Shown here: in pieces, positions 1-5,905 of the stretch | How the letters are laid out: each line of letters opens with the position of its first letter | Numbering within the stretch: the first letter of the stretch is position 1 | Assembly (NCBI GenBank): GCA_019634095.1 | Contig: JAHQVY010000357.1 | Span: forward strand, 1 to 13,634 | Direction of reading: 5' to 3' | DNA from: Cellvibrionaceae bacterium | GTDB taxonomy: Bacteria > Pseudomonadota > Gammaproteobacteria > Pseudomonadales > Cellvibrionaceae | Length of the DNA: 13,634 bases | Position numbers and translations under genes: made by a program | Notes under the pieces: model-generated | The model's database searches: none | What the model was told of the DNA's origin: nothing | Seen by the model: the letters and a program-made list of their open reading frames with translations, nothing else

Positions 1-1
1 A

Positions 2-100
2 AACCAGATTCAAGTGTTGAGTGGTTTGAAAGCCGACGATCGGATTATTGTCTCGGACAGCTCCGCCTATGCCGAGCATGAAACAATTTTAGTTAACTAG
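2..100 (+). CDS. 3' end (partial) of an efflux periplasmic adaptor / membrane-fusion protein (HlyD/MacA family)
   Basis: Frame 2 reads NQIQVLSGLKADDRIIVSDSSAYAEHETILVN, with a TAG stop at 98-100. The ...V.SGLK.GDR+IV... motif is the typical C-terminal beta-barrel end of MFP adaptors. It lies directly upstream of an ABC ATPase and an FtsX permease, which fits a tripartite efflux operon. It is truncated by the window edge. Confidence 0.5.
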   Translation, partial: NQIQVLSGLKADDRIIVSDSSAYAEHETILVN

Positions 101-115
101 TAAAAATTGCTTTGT

Positions 116-145
116 AACTTGGTAAATATTAAAACTTGGTAAATA
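116..145. repeat. Perfect 13-bp direct repeat AACTTGGTAAATA x2, separated by TTAA (17-bp periodicity), in an AT-rich intergenic region
   Basis: Read directly: aacttggtaaata (116-128), ttaa, aacttggtaaata (133-145). It may be a regulator-binding half-site pair or overlapping -35-like boxes (TTGGTA). Confidence 0.6.
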
Positions 146-159
146 AAAAATAATCGCCA

Positions 160-348
160 ATATACCCGTAGCGTTTGATATTTAGGCCTTATGAGCACAG
201 CCCTAAGTGCCCTTGGCGGTGTTGCTCCGCCTTAAAAAGAATGGCTATTCTGCATTGCCCTAATACCTCACACCTCTGTGAGTAACGCCTTGCCAAGAAC
301 CTTAATTGATGCACTCCTACACCTAAATCTCAAACGCTTTGGGTATAT
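160..348 (+). mobile_element. MITE-like non-coding repeat element, copy A (~189 bp) with 8-bp terminal inverted repeats ATATACCC...GGGTATAT
   Basis: About 90% identical to 13275-13468 in the same orientation. The termini are reverse complements (160-167 atataccc; 341-348 gggtatat). It contains conserved hairpins GGCGG-tgttgct-CCGCC (215-231) and CTCACA-cctc-TGTGAG (267-282). It has no ORF and is inserted between the adaptor gene end and the ATPase gene. Confidence 0.6.
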
Positions 349-400
349 CAAACACTAGGGGTATACATTTGAAAATTCTGTTGGAACAGGACATAAATTT

Positions 401-1162
401 ATGGCTAAAACACTGCTAGATCTAAATAATATTTCTAAGTCATTTTTCACTGAGGATATCGAAACCAAAGCGTTGAAAAATATTGACCTGGTGGTAAGCC
501 AAGGTGAGTATGTTTCCCTGACTGGCCCCTCTGGTTGCGGTAAGTCGACATTGTTATCTATCCTCGGCTTGCTCGATGAAGCGAGCGCTGGAGTGTATAA
601 ACTGTGCGATATTGACGTGACAAATTTATCGCGAGATCAACGAGCTGCGGTGCGCAATAGAGAAATTGGTTTTATTTTCCAGTCGTTTAATCTTATCAGT
701 GATTTAACAGTGGAAGAAAATGTGATGTTGCCTCTCACTTACAACAAGGCGCACCAGAATATCGATATGAAAAACCTTGCTAAGGAAATGCTCGCCAAGG
801 TGAATATGGGGCACCGCATCAAGCACTATCCCGCTCAGCTTTCCGGAGGGCAGCAGCAGCGTGTCGCAATTGCGCGCGCGCTGGTCAATCAGCCGTCGTT
901 GATTCTGGCGGATGAACCCACAGGAAACTTAGATAGCGAGAACGCGACGGCTGTACTCGAGATTCTCGACCAGCTTCATCGCGATGGGACAACTATTTGT
1001 ATGGTCACCCATGATTCGCGCTGTGTTGAACGGGTGAATCGTGCGGTTTACATCCTCGACGGTGAAATTTGCCCATCGCCGCCATCGCCGCCATTGTTGC
1101 CAAACACAGGCGCAGCACCCAAGCCGGCAAAGGCTTGCAAACAAGCTGCAACCTTAGATTGA
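401..1162 (+). CDS. ABC transporter ATP-binding protein, MacB/LolD/YbbA-type NBD, with a Pro-rich C-terminal tail
   Basis: Walker A GPSGCGKST, Q-loop, ABC signature LSGGQQQRVAIARAL, Walker B LILADEPTGNLD, H-loop VTHD. A weak AGGA lies 9 nt upstream of the ATG. The last ~28 aa (PSPPSPPLLPNTGAAPKPAKACKQAATLD) are low-complexity and contain a 9-bp tandem duplication. The TGA stop (1160-1162) is 11 nt before the permease start. Confidence 0.92.
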   Translation: MAKTLLDLNNISKSFFTEDIETKALKNIDLVVSQGEYVSLTGPSGCGKSTLLSILGLLDEASAGVYKLCDIDVTNLSRDQRAAVRNREIGFIFQSFNLISDLTVEENVMLPLTYNKAHQNIDMKNLAKEMLAKVNMGHRIKHYPAQLSGGQQQRVAIARALVNQPSLILADEPTGNLDSENATAVLEILDQLHRDGTTICMVTHDSRCVERVNRAVYILDGEICPSPPSPPLLPNTGAAPKPAKACKQAATLD

Positions 1163-1173
1163 GGCGGAGGATA

Positions 1174-3597
1174 ATGATGACGCACTTAATTTTAGATATG
1201 GCTTATTCGCTGCGCTTGTTAAGAAAATCACCCAGCTTTACTGCCTTGTGTGTATTGGTGTTGGCCGGTGGTTTGGCGGTGAGTTTATTTACTTTCGCTT
1301 TTTTGTATACCTTAACTAACAAGCCCCTGCCACTGCCGGATCAAAGTTCGCTGTACCGCGCTTCGCGGGATTGGTATGGCGAAGCCTTTGGTGAAAGCCG
1401 CTATTTGCCCGCCTACGAGGCCGCAGCCATTCGCCAGCAGGCCACGGTATTCAAAGAGCACGGTATCTGGCAAAACAAAACTGTGTACCTGTCTCAAGGT
1501 GAAAATAATTTGGTGGTGTCGGCGGTGCGCAGCACAGCGAATATTTTCGATATCAGTCGCAGCGGGCCATTGCTAGGGCGTTTGTTGCATCCGCGCGACA
1601 GCCAGCCCGACCAAACGCCGGTGGCGGTGATTAGCTATGCCATCTGGCAAAGCCAGTTTGCCGGCAATGACGAGGTGATTGGCAAACAGATTTATATTAA
1701 CGACGTCGCCACAGAAATTGTTGGTGTGATGCCAAAGGGCTACCGTTTTCCGATTTCCCACGATCTTTGGTTGCCCATTTCCCAGCAGCTACTCCACCCA
1801 CTCAGCACTCAGCGCGAAAAAGTGGAGTTGTTTGGCCGTTTAAAACCGGGAGTGTCGCGGGAACAGGCGCAGCAGCAGGTTTTGTCCCTGGCCGAGCAGT
1901 CATTTTCCCAGCGTGCAGAAACCTGGCCAGGCGTGGAGTTGATTCGAGCCAAGGTGGATATTTTTCAGCGTTTTGATGTAAGCACCGAGATGAAAATATT
2001 TTCCTACGCCATGAACATGCTTGCGTTTTTTATTCTGGTTTTGGCGGCAATTAATGTTGGCAATTTATTGTTTGTGCGGGCCATTCAACGCAATAGAGAG
2101 TCGGCCATTCGCATTGCCCTAGGCGCCCCGCAATGGCGCTTGATTAGTCAGTTGATGTGGGAGGGGGTAATAATTACTGTGCTCGGCACAAGCATCGCGG
2201 TGTTTATTTCCAGTGTGCTGCTCCATGCCGTGAATATTTATTTCCGCTCATTAATGAATAACGAACTGGCGTTTTGGTATATCTGGGAAATGGATGTCAC
2301 GGTGTTTAGTGCAGCCCTGGCGTTTGCCGTGGCGACAATTGTCATCGCCTGTTTTTGGCCCGCATTCCGCGCCGCTCGGCAAGATTTTAATAGGGTACTG
2401 CGCGACGGAACCCGCGGCGCCCAAAGCAAACACGCTGGGTTTATGTCGCGCCTTTTAGTCACCCTGCAAATTTCGGCCATTTCCATCATTATGGTGCTCG
2501 GTGCGGTCATCTCCACCAAGGTGCACAATCTTACCGACATGGACCTTGGTTACGATGTGAAAGGAATCAGTTTTTCGATTGTTGAATTGCCCGAGAGCGC
2601 CTACCCCGAAAATACCGACAAATCCTTGTTTTTCGAGCGGCTGCAGCGCGCGCTGTTTAACAGCCAGGCGTTTTCCGGTGCGACGGTGCGCTTTAATCAC
2701 AGCCAATTGCCGGTTGCTGTTGGTGGCGTGGAATATCAGCGCGACGCCGATAAACCCAAGGTACAGGTGTTTAGCATGATTGGTAGCAGCGAATTTATGG
2801 GGCCGACGCTTGTGGCAGGGCGTGAATTAGATAGTCGAGATGGCAGCGGTCGGGCGCCCGCAGTGCTAGTCAGTAGCTCCATGGCCAAGCGTTATTGGCC
2901 CAACGATTCACCCATAGACAAACAAATTGAAGTGAGCTTGCAAGCTAAAGTATTGCGGCTAAATATTGTTGGCGTGGTATCTAACACTACAAATAATCCC
3001 TTCCATAAAAAAGAAAGTTATCACGAAATTTACCTGTCTGGCCTTCAGTTTCCAATGCAGCGGGGCACGGTGTTCTTTGAAAAGACCTCTGCGGGAGTAC
3101 TGGTGGAAGATAATTTTTTTCGCGCCATCAACGCCATCGACAGTAAGCTGGATATTCTCACCATTGAAGACTGGGAGCTGGAAGCTGACGCGATTGGCAA
3201 GATGACGGTGACTTTCCGCGATACCATTGTGATTTGCGGCGTATTTTCACTGATTCTGGCTATGAGCGGTATTTACGGAATCACCGCATTTTCGGTGGAA
3301 AAGCGCTCCCAGGAGGTGGGGGTGAGGCGCGCCCTGGGGGCCACCGACCGTAAAATCATGGGGCTGTTTGTAAGGCAGGGGAGTCGTCAGTTGATTATTG
3401 GTCTGCTGTGTGGGTGCCTGATTTCGGGGCTGATGATGTTTGGCCTCTCCAGCATTATGGCCATTCCCTCTGTGGTTTACCTGGTGATTTACGCGTCGGT
3501 GATAGTCTCTTTGACGTTGATTGTGTTGGCTGCGGTGATTATTCCCGCGCGCCGGGCGGTTAATTTGCTGCCAGCTGTTGCACTGCGTTACGAATAG
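1174..3597 (+). CDS. ABC transporter permease with duplicated FtsX/MacB-type domains (YbbP-like, 807 aa)
   Basis: A GGAGG RBS (1166-1170) precedes ATGATG at 1174. The layout is an N-terminal TM helix, a large periplasmic domain, three TM helices, then a second periplasmic domain and a C-terminal four-helix FtsX bundle, which is the ~800-aa YbbP architecture. The ORF-track start at 1069 is an in-frame upstream extension without an RBS, so 1174 was chosen. Confidence 0.88.
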   Translation: MMTHLILDMAYSLRLLRKSPSFTALCVLVLAGGLAVSLFTFAFLYTLTNKPLPLPDQSSLYRASRDWYGEAFGESRYLPAYEAAAIRQQATVFKEHGIWQNKTVYLSQGENNLVVSAVRSTANIFDISRSGPLLGRLLHPRDSQPDQTPVAVISYAIWQSQFAGNDEVIGKQIYINDVATEIVGVMPKGYRFPISHDLWLPISQQLLHPLSTQREKVELFGRLKPGVSREQAQQQVLSLAEQSFSQRAETWPGVELIRAKVDIFQRFDVSTEMKIFSYAMNMLAFFILVLAAINVGNLLFVRAIQRNRESAIRIALGAPQWRLISQLMWEGVIITVLGTSIAVFISSVLLHAVNIYFRSLMNNELAFWYIWEMDVTVFSAALAFAVATIVIACFWPAFRAARQDFNRVLRDGTRGAQSKHAGFMSRLLVTLQISAISIIMVLGAVISTKVHNLTDMDLGYDVKGISFSIVELPESAYPENTDKSLFFERLQRALFNSQAFSGATVRFNHSQLPVAVGGVEYQRDADKPKVQVFSMIGSSEFMGPTLVAGRELDSRDGSGRAPAVLVSSSMAKRYWPNDSPIDKQIEVSLQAKVLRLNIVGVVSNTTNNPFHKKESYHEIYLSGLQFPMQRGTVFFEKTSAGVLVEDNFFRAINAIDSKLDILTIEDWELEADAIGKMTVTFRDTIVICGVFSLILAMSGIYGITAFSVEKRSQEVGVRRALGATDRKIMGLFVRQGSRQLIIGLLCGCLISGLMMFGLSSIMAIPSVVYLVIYASVIVSLTLIVLAAVIIPARRAVNLLPAVALRYE

Positions 3598-3682
3598 CCT
3601 TGGGGTGTTTCGGCGGCGGCGGGTGGGCCCTGGAATCTCGGCCAATAGGGTTTACTATGTATAAGTTGAGGTTGTTTTTTGA

Positions 3683-3724
3683 TCTATAAAAATTACAGGT
3701 AATATTACCTGTAATTTTTATAGA
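3683..3724. promoter_or_regulatory. 42-bp perfect palindrome TCTATAAAAATTACAGGTAAT|ATTACCTGTAATTTTTATAGA; candidate operator overlapping a promoter, and/or bidirectional terminator hairpin
   Basis: Read directly. Both 21-nt arms are exact reverse complements with no spacer. It ends 33 bp before the ATG of the first gene of the PspA/flotillin block. It contains TATAAA/TTTATA -10-like hexamers, and a possible -35 TTGATC at 3679-3684. The ACAGGTA/TACCTGT stem, flanked by A- and T-runs, could also terminate the upstream permease transcript. Confidence 0.6.
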
Positions 3725-3756
3725 CTGGGGGCACAAACTGGATTACAGTTCTGTGT

Positions 3757-4410
3757 ATGAACAAGAAAACATCCGCACATTATCAGCGAGAGTATCGACG
3801 CCGGTTGCGTGAGCAGGGCTTGGTAAAGAAAGAAGTTTGGATAAACCAAGACCACGCGAAAACCCTGCATCGGCTCGAGTTGCAACTTCGTCAACCCGGC
3901 AGCGAATCGTTGCCTGCTAGCAAAGGCGCCGAGCTGACGCAGGCGGGCCTCCTCGCTACCTGGACCACGCAGAGTCTGTTTGACGCCCTCGCCGCGCAGC
4001 CAGATTTTAGCGCCAATAACACCTTGGAGCTTATCGATGATGCCCAGCCCTCCATACACCTTGATATGAAGCAGTATGGCGACCTGCCGGTTTATTTGGC
4101 GGTGTGTGGCGAGCAAATTATTGTAGAGTCGCTGCTGTGGCCCCTCAGCGAGGTTAAGAACTCGGCCCAATTTAATGAGATGCTTTTAAAAACGCACAAG
4201 TTTATACCGCTTTCCAGCGTCGGTTTGGAAACCTTTGAAAACGGCGCCACTTACTATTATATGTTCGGTGCCCTCAGTGCCGGCTCGTTGCTGGCGAATA
4301 TTATTTTTGAAATTGACTGCCTGGGGAGCAACGTTATTCAAGCCACGCAGGCTTTCTCCGAGTTTTTGAAAAGTGCCATACCGCTCGATACCGATGTGGC
4401 AGCGCCGTGA
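3757..4410 (+). CDS. DUF2170-family protein (E. coli YjfI-like) with a ~80-aa N-terminal basic, ribbon-helix-helix-like extension
   Basis: Residues ~85-217 (…MKQYGDLPVYLAVCGEQIIVESLLWPLS…KFIPLSSVGLETFENGATYYYMFGALSAGSLLANIIFEI…) match the YjfI/DUF2170 pattern as I remember it (…MNDYGDLQINI…MPLSSVGIS…YYIVFGALS…). The N-terminus is KTSAHYQREYRRRLREQG, followed by KEVWINQDHAKTLHRL, which is a beta-strand plus helix of RHH type. It is the first ATG after an in-frame stop. It has no clear SD sequence, which is a weakness. Confidence 0.7.
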   Translation: MNKKTSAHYQREYRRRLREQGLVKKEVWINQDHAKTLHRLELQLRQPGSESLPASKGAELTQAGLLATWTTQSLFDALAAQPDFSANNTLELIDDAQPSIHLDMKQYGDLPVYLAVCGEQIIVESLLWPLSEVKNSAQFNEMLLKTHKFIPLSSVGLETFENGATYYYMFGALSAGSLLANIIFEIDCLGSNVIQATQAFSEFLKSAIPLDTDVAAP

Positions 4411-5117
4411 GTAATTGGGCAAAAGTATTTAGCTTACTCAATGCACACCGGGTGAGTTACGCAGAAAATGTCGAGGAAAACCCGGCCTTTGCGTTGATCA
4501 GCGCCGAGCTTAAGCAATCGCTTAGCCAGTTGAGCACAATGCAACAGGCGTTTAAGGCATTGCAATCGCAGCAGAAATTGGCGCGAGCCAAAGTCAGTCA
4601 ACTGGCCGCAAGTATCGAAGAATACGAAGGGTACGCGGCCAGCGCGCTTAATAAGCAGCAGTCCGAATTAGCGTTAGAAGTGGCGGCGAAAATCGCCGAA
4701 TTCGAAAGCCAACGGAAAACCGAGCAAAACGCCATACAGCAGCGACAAGGCGATTTAAGCTTGCTGCAGCAGAGCATGCCTCTGTGCGAGCAGCATCACA
4801 AACGCTTAAAGCATCAGCTGGACACCCTCAAAGCGGTCGTCAATGTGTTACACGCGCAAGCCACCGTCGCGGTTCGCGAAGGGGGGGAGGTGCCTAAGCA
4901 CCGCACCGCTTTAGATGCCCTAAAAAAAATCCGCGACAAAAATGCGGCCGAGCAGGCCCAGTTGCAAGCGGCGAGCGATTTAGCGGCCGATGTGGATGCG
5001 CAGTCGCTGCGGGAAAAGCTAAAGGCGGCGGGCATTATTGATAGTGGCCACAGCGCCGAAACGGTGCTGCAACGCATAGCGGCGCAAGTGAATGCCGCGA
5101 GTGAACCTGGCAATTAA
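4407..5117 (+). CDS. PspA/IM30-family protein (phage-shock protein A / Vipp1 / ESCRT-III superfamily; YjfJ-like)
   Basis: Its GTG start overlaps the upstream TGA (GTGA), so the two genes are translationally coupled. The N-terminus is NWAKVFSLLNAHRVSYAENVEENPAFALISAELKQSL, which resembles PspA [35 protein letters not shown]. The remainder is a ~230-aa Q/A/E/L-rich coiled coil typical of the family. Confidence 0.75.
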   Translation: MSNWAKVFSLLNAHRVSYAENVEENPAFALISAELKQSLSQLSTMQQAFKALQSQQKLARAKVSQLAASIEEYEGYAASALNKQQSELALEVAAKIAEFESQRKTEQNAIQQRQGDLSLLQQSMPLCEQHHKRLKHQLDTLKAVVNVLHAQATVAVREGGEVPKHRTALDALKKIRDKNAAEQAQLQAASDLAADVDAQSLREKLKAAGIIDSGHSAETVLQRIAAQVNAASEPGN

Positions 5118-5158
5118 AGCCGATAATTAAAACCGATAATTAAAGCCGGCAATTAAAC
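5107..5158. repeat. Four imperfect tandem copies of a 12-13-nt unit C(C/G)G(A/G)(T/C)AATTAAA(G/A)C spanning the PspA-like stop codon and the intergenic region
   Basis: Read directly: ctggcaattaaagc / cgataattaaaac / cgataattaaagc / cggcaattaaac. The first unit encodes the C-terminal PGN residues and the stop codon. Confidence 0.55.
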
Positions 5159-5175
5159 TTAAGGGAGTCAAACTT

Positions 5176-5820
5176 ATGGAAACATTTTTAGCAACCATTA
5201 CTGCGTTTCCAACTGTAATTTTTACCAGTTTATTTATTTTTTGTATTTTTTATTGGCTAATGGCACTTATCGGTTTGGTGGATTTAGACGTTCCCGGTGC
5301 GGAGGTGCCTGATGCCGCTGGTGATAGTATGAGTAGCCTCAGCGCTTTTACCGGGTTAATGGTAAAGCTCGGCCTGCAAGGGGTGCCGTTTCCGCTAACG
5401 CTGTCGCTTATTACTGTAATGGGGTGGGCCTGTTGTTATTTTTCATGTTTATTGTTGCTGCCATTTATTGCTACGGGGCTTACTAAATATTTATTGGGTA
5501 TTCCGGTTTTTTTGCTGTCATTTTTTGCCGCTATTTATATTACTTCAAAAATCATTAATCCCTTGCGGCCAATGTTTCTCTCTGCGGAGCAAAGAGCCGA
5601 ACACACGCTGATTGGTAAAACTGCCACGGTGCGCAGCTCGCGCGTTGACAGCGAATTTGGCGAGGCTAATGTAAAAAGCGCCGGTGCCGAACTCATTATT
5701 AACGTGCGCGCTTGCCAGGAGGCGGTTTTTGAAAAAGGCGATCGAGTGGTTTTGCTGGAACATGTGAAGCCGGGTAATTTTTACAAAGTTATTTCTGAAG
5801 AAGAATTTAACCTAAACTAA
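5176..5820 (+). CDS. YqiJ-like inner-membrane protein with a C-terminal NfeD-type OB-fold domain (flotillin partner)
   Basis: RBS AAGGGAG with 8-nt spacing. The protein has ~4 N-terminal TM helices, then LIGKTATVRSS…GEANVKSAGAELIINVRAC…FEKGDRVVLLEHVKPGNFYKV, an NfeD/YqiJ-type beta-barrel tail. It sits immediately upstream of an SPFH/flotillin gene, the canonical NfeD-SPFH operon arrangement. Confidence 0.7.
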   Translation: METFLATITAFPTVIFTSLFIFCIFYWLMALIGLVDLDVPGAEVPDAAGDSMSSLSAFTGLMVKLGLQGVPFPLTLSLITVMGWACCYFSCLLLLPFIATGLTKYLLGIPVFLLSFFAAIYITSKIINPLRPMFLSAEQRAEHTLIGKTATVRSSRVDSEFGEANVKSAGAELIINVRACQEAVFEKGDRVVLLEHVKPGNFYKVISEEEFNLN

Positions 5821-5832
5821 TTTGTTGGATTG

Positions 5833-5861
5833 TTGCGAGGATGTTCGCAGTAGATTCTAAT
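5833..5861 (+). promoter_or_regulatory. Candidate sigma70-type promoter TTGCGA-N17-TCTAAT upstream of the flotillin gene
   Basis: Hexamers read directly: -35 at 5833-5838 and -10 at 5856-5861, about 44 bp upstream of the GTG start. It lies inside the segment that recurs inverted at 13486-13525. It is weak by itself and was not scored. Confidence 0.3.
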
Positions 5862-5879
5862 GGTTAATTTAGGTTTAAA
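5840..5879 (-). repeat. Inverted copy of the segment at 13486-13525 (15/15 + 18/25 matching positions)
   Basis: The reverse complement of 5840-5879 is ttaaacctaaattaa+ccattagaatctactgcgaacatcc. The segment at 13486-13525 is ttaaacctaaattaa+tcagttggatctactgcggacgccc. Confidence 0.45.
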
Positions 5880-5905
5880 CACGCTATAGGGTAAGGAGAA
5901 TTGCT

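Noticed and set aside
1069-1173. An in-frame upstream ATG (1069) extends the permease ORF by 35 codons (MPIAAIAAIVAKHRR…).
   Set aside because: It overlaps the ATPase tail, has no RBS, and gives a non-membrane basic leader. The GGAGG-ATGATG start at 1174 begins exactly at the first TM segment, so 1174 was chosen.
3247-3645. A 132-aa His/Gln/Arg-rich minus-strand ORF overlapping the permease 3' end.
   Set aside because: It is low-complexity antisense translation of a well-supported CDS. It has no RBS, and it extends into the AT-rich spacer only by chance.
3598-3682. The GC-rich run cggcggcggcgggtgggccc after the permease stop, considered as a terminator stem.
   Set aside because: It has no convincing inverted repeat followed by a U-tract. 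The downstream 42-bp palindrome is a far better hairpin candidate.
3718-4170. A 150-aa minus-strand ORF antisense to the DUF2170 gene.
   Set aside because: The plus-strand ORF carries recognisable DUF2170 conservation and is translationally coupled to the PspA-like gene. The antisense ORF has no recognisable features.
5107-5158. Whether the short tandem repeats, or the MITE copies, could be a CRISPR array.
   Set aside because: The units are 12-13 nt with no spacers of unique sequence. The two 190-bp copies are 13 kb apart. There is no repeat-spacer periodicity and no cas genes.
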